From Candidatus Limnocylindria bacterium (GTDB taxonomy: Bacteria; Chloroflexota; Limnocylindria; Limnocylindrales; CSP1-4), in the NCBI GenBank assembly GCA_041482475.1, contig JBGPDX010000002.1, positions 1-44,559 on the forward strand: 44,559 nt of DNA, read 5' to 3'. Shown here piece by piece: positions 8,694 through 19,524 of the stretch. A model generated the notes under the pieces. It saw nothing but the letters and a program-made list of their open reading frames with translations, was not told where the DNA came from and made no database searches. How positions within the stretch are numbered: position 1 is the stretch's first letter; each line of letters begins with the position of its first letter. A program made the position numbers and the translations under genes.

Positions 8694-9017
8694 ATGGACG
8701 TCCTCACCTCGGTCCTGCTGCTCTTCGCCGTCGCGGCGCCGGCCGGGATCGCGGCAGCCTGGTTCGTCAGCCAGGGGCCAAGCGCGCTGGCCGGGGCGTT
8801 CCGCCCCTACGCAGGACTCGGCTGGCCGCGCGGCGTCCAGGAGGACGATCCGCCGCGCTGGAACTGGGACCGTCGATTGGCGGCCGGGGATCGATGGCCG
8901 GAGTCTCAAACGTCGCCGACCCTGACCGAGGTCGAGGACGCCCTCCAGACAGGGCGACCGGAGCTCGTGGCCGTGGCCCTGCGCATCGTGCCCGGATCGA
9001 GCCGGCGGCGCGCCTGA
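8694..9017 (+). CDS. Hypothetical small protein with N-terminal hydrophobic helix (107 aa)
   Basis: GC3 is about 85-90 percent by hand count. The N-terminus VLTSVLLLFAVAAPAGIAAAWFV is hydrophobic and the tail is Trp/Arg-rich. I see no convincing SD or -10 element, and I recognise no family. Confidence 0.45.
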   Translation: MDVLTSVLLLFAVAAPAGIAAAWFVSQGPSALAGAFRPYAGLGWPRGVQEDDPPRWNWDRRLAAGDRWPESQTSPTLTEVEDALQTGRPELVAVALRIVPGSSRRRA

Positions 9018-9024
9018 AACCGGA

Positions 9025-10932
<1,908 letters not shown>

Positions 10933-10983
10933 GGGCGGCGCATTGTCGCACGGGGATCGGCCAAGGCACGACGAATGCCCTGC

Positions 10984-10989
10984 TAGCAT
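10984..10989 (+). promoter_or_regulatory. -10-like hexamer TAGCAT, 6 nt upstream of the GTG of the MobA-like gene
   Basis: The plus strand reads tgc TAGCAT cggccg GTG, with no SD. Confidence 0.3.
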
Positions 10990-10995
10990 CGGCCG

Positions 10996-11724
10996 GTGAC
11001 CGTCGCCGCCGTCGTGCTCGCCGCGAGCCCCGAATCCGCGCTCGCCGACGCGGACGGGCTGCCAGCGGTCCGGCGGATCGCCGACGTCGCCTGGTCGGGC
11101 GGGGCCGTCCCGATCATCGTGGTCGCCCACGATCCCAGCGGCGCGGTCGCCGCGGCGTTGGCCGGAGCGCCGGTCACGCTCGCCCACCCCGCCCCCGTCG
11201 AGGGCGGCCCGGCCGCCCAGATGGTCCGCGGCTTCGAGGTCGCGATGAGCGAGATCCACGAGACCGACGCGGCGCTCATCTGGCCGGCCCGCCTCGGCTG
11301 GGTGGGCCCCGAGACGGTCACGTCGCTGATCGAGGCGCACGGGACGCGCCAGGGAAAGGTGCTCCGCCCCGCCTACGACGGAGAGCGTGGCTGGCCGGCG
11401 CTCGTGCCGGTCGACCGTCTGGAGTTGCTTCGGTCGATCGGGGCGGATCGGATGCCCGATGCCGTCCTCGACCGGGTCGGGGCCGGCGGCGCGGGCGAGG
11501 CGGCCGGCGAGGCGGCCCTCGAGCTGGGCGATCCCGGCGTCACTCACGACCTGTCCGTCGCGCGCCGCGACCTGCCGCCGTATGTCGGCCCCAGCGCGCC
11601 GGCCGGGGGCCACGTCCACGAATGGGGCTCGGTCGCCGCCGAGGTGCCTGACGACGCTCCGCTGGAGGGACCGGCGCTCGCGCCGTACGGCCAGGCCGGC
11701 GCGGAGCACAACCAACCCGGCTGA
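10996..11724 (+). CDS. MobA/MocA-like nucleotidyltransferase-fold protein (NTP_transf_3-like)
   Basis: The overall pattern matches MocA/CoxI-type cytidylyltransferases (AAVVLAA..., IIVVAH.., DAALIWPARLGWVGPETVTSLIEAH.., RPAYDGERGWPALV). However, the usual N-terminal LAAGxSxRMG loop is replaced by LAASPESALADADG. Confidence 0.65.
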   Translation: MTVAAVVLAASPESALADADGLPAVRRIADVAWSGGAVPIIVVAHDPSGAVAAALAGAPVTLAHPAPVEGGPAAQMVRGFEVAMSEIHETDAALIWPARLGWVGPETVTSLIEAHGTRQGKVLRPAYDGERGWPALVPVDRLELLRSIGADRMPDAVLDRVGAGGAGEAAGEAALELGDPGVTHDLSVARRDLPPYVGPSAPAGGHVHEWGSVAAEVPDDAPLEGPALAPYGQAGAEHNQPG

Positions 11725-11731
11725 GCCCCGG

Positions 11732-12706
11732 CTACGGGCCGGATGACGCCGGAGCGAGGGCCCCGCGAAGCCTGGCCAGCGGGAGCGTGGCGGCGGCGAT
11801 GCCGCCGACGACCAGGGCCACGCCGACGAGCTGGAGCGCCGAGGGCGCCTCGCCCAGCAGCAGCATCGCCAGGGCGACCGACATGACCGGCTGAACGAGC
11901 AGGATGATCGAGGTCAGGACGGCCGGCAGGCGCGGCAGCGACATCGAGATCAGGACGTAGCCAAGGAACTGCGACGTCACGCCGTAGAGGGCGAGCCAGC
12001 CGTGGGACGGCCAGGTTGGCTCGAGGCGCAGCTCGCCGAGCGGCACGCCGACGAGCAGCGCCACGCCGGCCGTTGCCAGGGTCGAGGCGGCCACCGGCGT
12101 GACCGGCCGCCGAAGGTCACGACCGCTGCGCCGGATGAGGAGCAGGTACCCGGCGTAGCAGACCGCGGTAGCCAGCCCGAATACGACCCCCAGGGGCGGA
12201 TTCGCACCATACGCTCCGGCGCCGACGAGCCCGGAGATCAGGACGACGCCGACGAGCACCACGGGGAGCGCCAGCAGCACCGCCCGCGACGGCCGCTCGC
12301 CGAACAGCAGCCAGGCGACGATGCCGACGACCAGCACCTGGAGGTTGCCCAGGACCGTCGACAGCCCGGCTCCGACCGCCTCAATCGAGTGGTGCCAGAA
12401 CGTGAGGTCGCCGGCAAAGAAGATCCCGGCGACGGCCGCCAGCCGAAGGCTCGACCGCGGCAATGCGCCATAGCGGCGCCACTCGAGCCACGCCACGATG
12501 CCGAGCAGCGGCAGGCCGTAGAAGCAGCGGAAGAAGGTCGCCGTCGACGGCGGGACCGAGGCGAACCGATAGAAGACGCCGGAGAAGGCGATGCACGACG
12601 CGCCGAGCAGGGCCGCGAGGCGCGGACGGCGGGCGATCGCGGCGACCAGCCCGGAATCGTCGACCTCGCGCAAAACCTTGGGGGAGTTGGCGGCCCGAGC
12701 CGTCAC
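11732..12706 (-). CDS. EamA/DMT-family transporter
   Basis: I trimmed ORF 11732..13207 to the GTG at 12706, which overlaps the aspS stop (GTGA). The protein has about ten hydrophobic helices in two EamA-like halves and is 324 aa. Confidence 0.85.
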   Translation of the reverse strand: MTARAANSPKVLREVDDSGLVAAIARRPRLAALLGASCIAFSGVFYRFASVPPSTATFFRCFYGLPLLGIVAWLEWRRYGALPRSSLRLAAVAGIFFAGDLTFWHHSIEAVGAGLSTVLGNLQVLVVGIVAWLLFGERPSRAVLLALPVVLVGVVLISGLVGAGAYGANPPLGVVFGLATAVCYAGYLLLIRRSGRDLRRPVTPVAASTLATAGVALLVGVPLGELRLEPTWPSHGWLALYGVTSQFLGYVLISMSLPRLPAVLTSIILLVQPVMSVALAMLLLGEAPSALQLVGVALVVGGIAAATLPLARLRGALAPASSGP

Positions 12707-14559
12707 GCCTTTCGTTCGGGAATACCCACGAGCTTCAGGCCCAGCTCGGCGTATTGCCCGGGATCCGGCGGCGACGGGGCGCCGAGCATGAGGTCGCTGC
12801 CCGTGCCGGTCTTGGGGAACGCCATCACCTCGCGGATGTTCTCCTGGTCGGTGAGCCGCGCCACCCAGCGGTCGATGCCGAGGGCGATCCCGCCATGGGG
12901 CGGCGCGCCGTAGTCGAAAGCCTCGAGCAGCGCCCCGAACTTCTCGCGCATGGACTCGACGGTCAGGCCCATCAACGCGAAGGACCGCTCGAGGAGGTCG
13001 CGCCGATGGATCCGGATCGACCCGCCGCCGAGCTCCCAGCCGTTGAGAGCGAGGTCGTGCTGGAGCGCGCGCGCCTGGCCGGCAGGATCCTCCGGGCTGG
13101 GGCGGGCGGGATCGCCGGACCTCGTGACGAGCAACTCCTCGTCCTCGGGCACGACCCCGCTGAACGGGTTGTGGGTCGCGTCCCAGCGCCGGTTCTCGTC
13201 GTCCCACTGGTACATCGGGAAGCGGTGGACCCAGACGTACGACAGCTGCGAGGGATCTGTCACCAGGCCCAGCCGGCCGGCCAGCTCGACGCGGATCCTG
13301 CCGAGCGCCTCCTGGGCGTGGATGTCGCGATCGGCGACGACCAGCACGAGGTCGCCCGGCGATGCGCCGGCCGCCGCGACGAGGCGTTCGGCCCGGTCGT
13401 CGCCGAGGAACTTCGCGATCGGCGAACGAACCGACCCATCGGCTGCCACGGCCAGGTGGACGAGCCCCCTGGCCCCGCCCTTCTTCGCCAGCTCGACGAG
13501 ATCGTCGATCTCGGAGCGCGATGCTGCGGCCATGCCGGGCGCGGCGAGGCCGAAGATCCGCCCGCCCGTCGCGAGCGTCTCGTCGAAGACGCGGAATCCA
13601 CTGCCGGCGGCGACGTCGCCGAGGTCGTGGAGCTCCATCCCGTAGCGGACGTCGGGCTTGTCCGAACCGAAGCGGTCGATGGCCTCGCGGTAGGTGAACC
13701 GCGGGAACGGGACCTGGCGGAGCGGCCGGTCCGGGACGACGGCGCGGCTGACCTCGATGGCCATCGTCTCGACGAACGCCATGACGTCGTCGGCCGTGAC
13801 GAAGCTCATCTCGAGATCCAGCTGGGTGAACTCGGGGCCGCGATCGGCCCGGCTGTCCTCGTCCCGCATGCAGTGCGCGATCTGGAAGTAGCGGTCGATG
13901 CCACCCACCATCAGCAGCTGCTTCAGCTGCTGCGGGCTCTGCGGCAACGCGTAGACGTACCCCGGCTGCTGGCGCGACGGGACGATGAAGTCGCGGGCGC
14001 CCTCGGGCGTGGACTTGATCAACAGCGGCGTCTCGACCTCGACGAAGCCATGGGCGTGGTGCACCTCGGAGATGGCGCGCAGCAGCCGCGATCGGAGGAC
14101 GAGACGGTCGCGCATCGGCTCGCGGCGGATGTCGAGGTAGCGATAGCGGAGCCGCAGCCGCTCTTCGATCGCGGCATTGACGTCGTTGATCGGGAACGGC
14201 GTCTGCTTCGCCCGTGACAGGACCTCGATGGCGCGCGCCCGGAGCTCGATCGATCCCGTGGCGAGCTTCGGGTTGTCCGTGCCGGGCAGGCGGTCCGCAA
14301 CGACGCCATCGATCGCGACGACGTCTTCGGACCGAAGCGTCGCCGCGACGGCGTGCGCGTCGCCCGCGCCCTCGGCGTCGACGACGACCTGGGTGATCCC
14401 GTAGCGATCGCGCAGGTCCAGGAAGATCAGCTGTCCCAGGTCGCGGCGGCGGTGGATCCAGCCGGCGAGGCGAACGTCCGTCCCGGCGTCCGACGCCCGC
14501 AGCTGTCCACAGGAGTGGCTGCGGTAGGGCGTGGCAAGGCCGGGGCTCGGGTGGGACAT
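12703..14559 (-). CDS. aspS: Aspartate--tRNA ligase
   Basis: Class II motifs are present: FLDLRDRYG, QSPQQLKQLLM, CMRDEDSRADR and GGGSIRIH. I chose the ATG at 14559 (MSHPSPGLATPYRSHSCGQL) because TACGAT sits 9 nt upstream. The track start (GTG at 14592) is possible but has neither an SD nor a -10 element. Confidence 0.93.
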   Translation of the reverse strand: MSHPSPGLATPYRSHSCGQLRASDAGTDVRLAGWIHRRRDLGQLIFLDLRDRYGITQVVVDAEGAGDAHAVAATLRSEDVVAIDGVVADRLPGTDNPKLATGSIELRARAIEVLSRAKQTPFPINDVNAAIEERLRLRYRYLDIRREPMRDRLVLRSRLLRAISEVHHAHGFVEVETPLLIKSTPEGARDFIVPSRQQPGYVYALPQSPQQLKQLLMVGGIDRYFQIAHCMRDEDSRADRGPEFTQLDLEMSFVTADDVMAFVETMAIEVSRAVVPDRPLRQVPFPRFTYREAIDRFGSDKPDVRYGMELHDLGDVAAGSGFRVFDETLATGGRIFGLAAPGMAAASRSEIDDLVELAKKGGARGLVHLAVAADGSVRSPIAKFLGDDRAERLVAAAGASPGDLVLVVADRDIHAQEALGRIRVELAGRLGLVTDPSQLSYVWVHRFPMYQWDDENRRWDATHNPFSGVVPEDEELLVTRSGDPARPSPEDPAGQARALQHDLALNGWELGGGSIRIHRRDLLERSFALMGLTVESMREKFGALLEAFDYGAPPHGGIALGIDRWVARLTDQENIREVMAFPKTGTGSDLMLGAPSPPDPGQYAELGLKLVGIPERKA

Positions 14560-14568
14560 GGCCTCGCT

Positions 14569-14574
14569 ATCGTA
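14569..14574 (-). promoter_or_regulatory. -10-like hexamer TACGAT, 9 nt upstream of the aspS ATG at 14559
   Basis: The minus strand reads ccg TACGAT agcgaggcc ATG. Confidence 0.35.
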
Positions 14575-14600
14575 CGGGAACGATCTCGACACGAGGAGGA

Positions 14601-14987
14601 ATGGCGATGCTCGCGGATTACCCGGTCTACGCGACCCTGCCGACGGCGGACCTGGGCCGGCTGCGCCGGTTCTACGAGGACGTGCTTGGCCTCAAGGTCC
14701 GGCTCGACACGCCGGCCGGCATCTACTACGACGCCGGCGGCGGGACATTCTTCGCGGTCACCCGAAGCTCCGGCAAGGCAACCGGCAGCCACACTCAGAT
14801 GGCATTCAGGCTCACGAACATCGAGCGCGAGGTCGCCGACCTGCGTCGCCGGGGCGTCGTGTTCGAGGAGTACGAGACGCCGAAGACGGTCGACGGCATC
14901 GCCGACATGGGCGTCGGCCGGGCCGCCTGGCTCAAGGACCCGGACGGCAACCTCATCGGGATGATCCAGTTCAACGACCCGGTCTGA
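14601..14987 (+). CDS. VOC / glyoxalase-bleomycin-resistance family protein
   Basis: The 128-aa ORF has the typical VOC pattern (ATLPTADLGRLRRFYEDVLGL..., ...AWLKDPDGNLIGMIQ). The SD AGGAGGA at 14594..14600 abuts the first ATG. The second ATG at 14607 has better spacing and may be the true start. Confidence 0.85.
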   Translation: MAMLADYPVYATLPTADLGRLRRFYEDVLGLKVRLDTPAGIYYDAGGGTFFAVTRSSGKATGSHTQMAFRLTNIEREVADLRRRGVVFEEYETPKTVDGIADMGVGRAAWLKDPDGNLIGMIQFNDPV

Positions 14988-15014
14988 AGGCCGCCGAGCT
15001 CAGCCGGTCGCCGG

Positions 15015-16301
15015 TCAGCCGTGGCGGTGCGACTCCCCGGCCCGGATCAGGTGCCTGACGAGGTCGGCCATCGGCAGCAGCTGCTGCGTCCCCGCCTGCA
15101 GGTCCCGTAGCTGGACCTGACCCTCGACCAGCTCGTCGCCGAGGATCACCGCGAAGTGGGCGCCCTCCTTCGAGGCGGCCTCGAGCTGACGGCCCAGCTT
15201 GCGGTTGGCGAGATCGGCCCGCGCCGACAGGCCATGCGCCCGCAGCTCCGTCGCAATCCGGAGCCGTTCCGCGGTCGCGGCCGGGTCGGCGCCGACGACC
15301 ACCGCGAGAGCACGCGGTTCGGCGATCTCCGGGGCGCTCGCGCCGGCGAGCGCCAGCAGCGTGCGGTCGAGCCCAAGCCCGAAGCCGATGCCGGCGGTGG
15401 GCCGGCCGCCGAGGAGCTCGACCAGCCCGTCGTACCGCCCTCCCCCACCGATCGCCGACTGTTGCCCGGTCACCCCCCGCGGATAGACCTCGAACGCCGT
15501 CCGCGTGTAGTAGTCGAGGCCGCGGACGAGGTGCGGCTCGAGGCGGTATTCGATCCCGAGCGCGTCGAGGTGAACGCGAACGGCGGCGAAGTGCTCGGCG
15601 CAGGCCTGGCACAGGTGGTCCGCGATCGACGGCGCCGCGGCATTGAGCTCGACCATCGCCGGCTCCTTGGAGTCGAGCAGGCGCAGCGGGTTGCGCTCCA
15701 GCCTGCCCCGCTCGACGGGCGGCAGGCGCTCGGCGTGGGATCGGTAGAAGGCAGCCAGCCGTTCGACGTAGGCCGGCCGGCAGGCCGGGTCGCCGATCGA
15801 GTTGAGGAGGAGGTCGATGGCCGGCAGCCCGGCATCCCGGTAGAAGCGGCTCGCCAGCTCCACGATCTCGGCATCGATCGCCGGCCCTGGATCGCCGATC
15901 GCCTCGACGTCGAACTGCCAGAACTGGCGGTACCGTCCCGCCTGCGGCCGGTCGTAGCGGAACATCGGGCCGGTCATCGTCAGCTTCACCGGCTGCGGCC
16001 AGGTCTGCATGCCGTGCTGGACGTAGGCGCGGACGATGCCGGCGGTCGGTTCCGGTCGGAGAGCCCACGATTCGGCCTCCTCCGTCCGCGGCGCGATCCG
16101 GAACAGCTCCTTCTCGACGACGTCGGTGACCTTGCCGATGCCGCGCTCGAAGACCGCCGTCTGCTCGAACATCGGCGTCTCGATGGGCCGGTAGCCGTAA
16201 CGTGCGGCAAGCTCGGCGGCGAGGCGCTCCAGGCGGGCCATCGCGGAGCGTTCGGGCGGCAGCAGGTCGTGGGTCCCACGCGGGGCGCGGAGGGAGGGCA
16301 T
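15015..16301 (-). CDS. hisS: Histidine--tRNA ligase
   Basis: I trimmed ORF 15015..16394 to the ATG at 16301 (MPSLRAPRGTHDLLPPE). It carries motif 2 (FRYDRPQAGRYRQFWQFDVE) and GGGRYDGL. The product is 428 aa. Confidence 0.95.
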   Translation of the reverse strand: MPSLRAPRGTHDLLPPERSAMARLERLAAELAARYGYRPIETPMFEQTAVFERGIGKVTDVVEKELFRIAPRTEEAESWALRPEPTAGIVRAYVQHGMQTWPQPVKLTMTGPMFRYDRPQAGRYRQFWQFDVEAIGDPGPAIDAEIVELASRFYRDAGLPAIDLLLNSIGDPACRPAYVERLAAFYRSHAERLPPVERGRLERNPLRLLDSKEPAMVELNAAAPSIADHLCQACAEHFAAVRVHLDALGIEYRLEPHLVRGLDYYTRTAFEVYPRGVTGQQSAIGGGGRYDGLVELLGGRPTAGIGFGLGLDRTLLALAGASAPEIAEPRALAVVVGADPAATAERLRIATELRAHGLSARADLANRKLGRQLEAASKEGAHFAVILGDELVEGQVQLRDLQAGTQQLLPMADLVRHLIRAGESHRHG

Positions 16302-16309
16302 CGGGCCGA

Positions 16310-16315
16310 AGTCTA
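16310..16315 (-). promoter_or_regulatory. -10-like hexamer TAGACT, 8 nt upstream of the hisS ATG
   Basis: The minus strand reads cgc TAGACT tcggcccg ATG, with no SD. Confidence 0.35.
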
Positions 16316-16431
16316 GCGGGGCCCGCGGGCTGATCCGGGCCCGCGCCACCACCTGGGGTGACAACGCAGACCGCCTCAGCTGTGCCAAGCGCAAGGCGCC
16401 AACGCCGCGATGGGCGCGGATCAGGCGGCCG

Positions 16432-18672
16432 TCACCCCAGGTCGCGCTGGACGGAGAGGACGTCCTTGAGCTGCTCGATCCGGCTCATGACACGCGCCAG
16501 CTGCGCCACGGACGAGACCTGCAGGGTGGCGATGACGATGGCCGTGTGGTCGGGGTTGACGCTGACCGCCGCCGACACGATGTTGACCTTGTTTTCCGCG
16601 ACGACCTGGGTGATGTCGTTGAGGAGGCCCGTGCGGTCGTAGGCCTCTACCCGGATCGCGATCGGGTAGGTCTCTGCCGGGGCTGCCTCCCACTCGACGT
16701 CGATCAGCCGCGAAACCTCGCGCTCGTTGATGACGGTCGGGCAGCTGTGGAGGTGGACGGTCACGCCCTTGCCGCGGGTGATGAAGCCGACGATCGGATC
16801 GCCCGGGATCGGGTGGCAGCACTTGGCGAAGCGGACGAGGAGGTCGCCGACGCCCTTGACCCGGACGCCTCCCGTTCGGGCCGGCATCGTGCTCGGGGCG
16901 ACGGTCGGCAGGGCGAGCTGGGTGTCGTCGACGACGCCCAGCCGCATGACGACCTGCTGGGCGCTGATGGCGCCGTAGCCGACCGCGGCGTAGAAGTCGT
17001 CGACCTGGTCGAAGTTGTACTGGCGGGCGACCTCGGCGATGCGCTCGGCACCGACGCTTCCGAGTGACGTCCGGGCGAGCCGCCGGAGCTCGCGCTCGAG
17101 CGACTCACGGCCGTGGACGATGTTCTCGTCGCGGTCCTTGCGCTTGAACCACTGGCGAATCTTTTCCCGCGCGTGGGACGTGCGCACGACGTTCATCCAG
17201 TCGCGCGACGGGCCGTGCTCGCCCTTCGTCGTGACAATCTCGACGATGTCGCCGTTCTTCAGCCGGTAGTCGAGCGGGACGAGCCGGTTGTTGACCTTCG
17301 CCCCGATCGTCCGGTGGCCGACGTCGGTGTGGATCCGGTAGGCGAAGTCGAGCGGTGTCGCCCCGGCCGGCAGGTCCTTGATGTCGCCCTTCGGGGTGAA
17401 CACGAAGACCTGGTCCTGGAAGATGTCGAGCTTGATCCCCTCGACGAACTCGGTCGCGTCGGAGACGTCGCGCTGCCAGTCCATGAGCTGACGCAGCCAG
17501 GCCAGCTTCGCGTCGTATTCGCGGTCGGACTTCGAGCCTTCCTTGTACCGCCAGTGGGCGGCGATCCCCACCTCCGACACCTGGTGCATCTGGTTGGTTC
17601 GGATCTGGATCTCGAGCGGCTTGCCGTCGAGGGCGATGACCGCGGTGTGGAGCGACTGGTAGAGGTTGTTCTTGGGGACGGCGATGTAGTCGTCGAACTG
17701 GCCGGGGATGGGACGCCACAGGGCGTGAACGATGCCGAGCGCCGCGTAGCAGTCGCGGACCTCGTCGACGAGAATCCGGATGGCGTAGACGTCGTAGATC
17801 TCACCGAACTCGGCGCCCTTGCGCTGCATCTTCTTGTCGATGCTGTAGATGTGCTTGGGGCGGCCCTGTAGGTCGGCCTGGATGTCGGCGTCCTTGAGAC
17901 GCGGGGTCAGCTCGGAGATCGCCCGCTCGATGTAGCCCTCGCGGCCCTTGCGGCGGGTATCGAGCAGCCGCGCCAGCTCGCGGAAGCGCTCGGGCTCGAG
18001 GGCCTTGAAGGCGAGGTCCTCGAGCTCCCACTTCATCTGCCAGATCCCGAGTCGCTCGGCCAGCGGCGCGTAGATCTCCATCGTCTGGCGGGCGATCCGC
18101 TGCTGCTTCTCGACCGGCAGCGCGCCGAGGGTCCGCATGTTGTGGAGGCGGTCGGCCAGCTTGATGAGGACGACCCGGATGTCCTCGGCCATGGCCAGGA
18201 ACATCTTCCGGATGTTCTCGGCCTGCTGCTGCTCGTGGGTATGCGTGCTGAACTTCGACAGCTTGGTCACGCCGTCGACGAGCCGGGCGACCTCCCCGTC
18301 GAAGCGCTCCTCGATGTCCGACAGGCTGTACTCGGTGTCCTCCGGGACGTCGTGGAGGAGGGCCGCCGCGATGGCGACCGGGTCGAGGCCCAGGTCCGCC
18401 AGGATCTGGGCCGAGGCGATCGGGTGGGTGACGTAGGGCTCGCCGGACGCCCGCCGTTGCCCCTCGTGGGCCTGCGCGGCGAGGTCGAGGGCCTGGTTGA
18501 CGGGGGCCAGGTCGGCCTGGGGGTAATGCCGGGCGAGCGTGGCGAGGAGCTCGGAGCGGAGGCCCTCGACGTCCGGCTCGCGGCCGACGGCGGCCCGAAC
18601 GGCGGCCAGCGCCCGGCGCGGGCCGCGCCGAGCCGGTGCACGATCTTCGGTTCTGGTGCGCGGGGTCGCCAT
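16432..18672 (-). CDS. relA: Bifunctional (p)ppGpp synthetase/hydrolase (Rel/SpoT homolog)
   Basis: The protein has the HD hydrolase motif (LLHDVPEDT), a synthetase domain (YQSLHTAVIALDG), and TGS and C-terminal ACT-like regions. I prefer the ATG at 18672 over the TTG at 18681 because an extended -10 element sits 8 nt upstream of the ATG. Confidence 0.95.
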   Translation of the reverse strand: MATPRTRTEDRAPARRGPRRALAAVRAAVGREPDVEGLRSELLATLARHYPQADLAPVNQALDLAAQAHEGQRRASGEPYVTHPIASAQILADLGLDPVAIAAALLHDVPEDTEYSLSDIEERFDGEVARLVDGVTKLSKFSTHTHEQQQAENIRKMFLAMAEDIRVVLIKLADRLHNMRTLGALPVEKQQRIARQTMEIYAPLAERLGIWQMKWELEDLAFKALEPERFRELARLLDTRRKGREGYIERAISELTPRLKDADIQADLQGRPKHIYSIDKKMQRKGAEFGEIYDVYAIRILVDEVRDCYAALGIVHALWRPIPGQFDDYIAVPKNNLYQSLHTAVIALDGKPLEIQIRTNQMHQVSEVGIAAHWRYKEGSKSDREYDAKLAWLRQLMDWQRDVSDATEFVEGIKLDIFQDQVFVFTPKGDIKDLPAGATPLDFAYRIHTDVGHRTIGAKVNNRLVPLDYRLKNGDIVEIVTTKGEHGPSRDWMNVVRTSHAREKIRQWFKRKDRDENIVHGRESLERELRRLARTSLGSVGAERIAEVARQYNFDQVDDFYAAVGYGAISAQQVVMRLGVVDDTQLALPTVAPSTMPARTGGVRVKGVGDLLVRFAKCCHPIPGDPIVGFITRGKGVTVHLHSCPTVINEREVSRLIDVEWEAAPAETYPIAIRVEAYDRTGLLNDITQVVAENKVNIVSAAVSVNPDHTAIVIATLQVSSVAQLARVMSRIEQLKDVLSVQRDLG

Positions 18673-18680
18673 GAACCCCA

Positions 18681-18689
18681 AGGATATCA
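18681..18689 (-). promoter_or_regulatory. Extended -10-like element TGaTATCCT, 8 nt upstream of the rel ATG
   Basis: The minus strand reads c TGA TATCCT tggggttc ATG. Confidence 0.4.
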
Positions 18690-18708
18690 GCGCCCGAACG
18701 GGGCCCCC

Positions 18709-19524
18709 TCAGCGGACGGCCTCCAGGAAGCGCCGGGTCCGTTCGTGGCGGGGGTGTTCGAAGAACTCGTTCGGCGGAGCGTCCTCGACGATCTGGCCCT
18801 CGTCCATCATCGTGACGAGCGAGGCCGCCTCACGGGCGAACCCCACCTCGTGGGTGACGACGATCATCGTCATGCCCTCCCGGGCGAGCTCCTCCATGAC
18901 CGTCAGGACCTCCCCCACCAGCTCGGGATCGAGCGCCGACGTCGGCTCGTCGAAGAGCATCACCTTCGGGTCCATCACGAGGGCCCGGGCGATCGCCACG
19001 CGCTGCTGCTGGCCGCCGGACAGCTCGCTGGGGTAGAACGTGCTCCGGGCGGCGAGGCCCACCCTGGCCAGCATATCGGCGGCCGTCTCGCGGGCCTCCG
19101 ATTTCGGCCGCCTCCGGACCTCCGTCAGGCCGATCATCACGTTCTGGAGGGCGGTCATGTGGGGGAACAGGTTGAAGCGCTGGAAGACCATCCCGATCTC
19201 CGAACGCTGGCGGGCCAGCTCCCGCTCGGCGAGGTGAACCGCGCCGCGCCGGCCCTCGCCGACGCCGAGGCGACGGCCCTCCAGCCGGACCTCGCCGGCG
19301 TCGATTGGCTCGAGCAGGGCGAGACAACGCAGGAGCGTGCTCTTGCCCGAGCCGGACGGCCCCAGGACCGCCCGGACATCGCCCCGCCGGACGACGAAGC
19401 TGACGCCGCGCAGGACCTCGTTGCGACCGTACCGCTTGTGGATGTCCACGGCCTCGATCAGCGGGCCGGCAGCGTCACCGGCCGCGGTTTCGATGTGATC
19501 GAGGAGCGGTCGCTCGAACGTCAT
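18709..19524 (-). CDS. Polar amino acid ABC transporter, ATP-binding protein
   Basis: I trimmed ORF 18709..19980 to the ATG at 19524, which overlaps the permease stop (ATGA). The Walker A (GPSGSGKST), signature (LSGGQQQRV) and Walker B (LFDEPTSALD) motifs are present. It is GlnQ/HisP-like. Confidence 0.93.
   Translation of the reverse strand: MTFERPLLDHIETAAGDAAGPLIEAVDIHKRYGRNEVLRGVSFVVRRGDVRAVLGPSGSGKSTLLRCLALLEPIDAGEVRLEGRRLGVGEGRRGAVHLAERELARQRSEIGMVFQRFNLFPHMTALQNVMIGLTEVRRRPKSEARETAADMLARVGLAARSTFYPSELSGGQQQRVAIARALVMDPKVMLFDEPTSALDPELVGEVLTVMEELAREGMTMIVVTHEVGFAREAASLVTMMDEGQIVEDAPPNEFFEHPRHERTRRFLEAVR

Noticed and set aside
14593-15014. The idea that the VOC gene is obligatorily covered by a hisS-aspS read-through transcript (an excludon-like arrangement).
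   Set aside because: aspS has its own TACGAT -10-like element 9 nt upstream of ATG 14559, so read-through is not required. I kept this only as a minor point in the synteny finding.
16341-16384. A possible T-box riboswitch upstream of hisS. The minus strand has GGUGGUGGCGCGG, an 11/13 match to the T-box core GGUGGUACCGCGG, plus a CAC-A that could be a His specifier.
   Set aside because: The whole rel-hisS spacer is only 130 nt. A TAGACT -10-like hexamer sits 8 nt from the hisS ATG, which fits the leaderless pattern and leaves no leader RNA. I could not draw a Stem I or K-turn. A G/C-rich 13-mer with two mismatches is not improbable by chance in this composition. Infernal with RF00230 would settle it.
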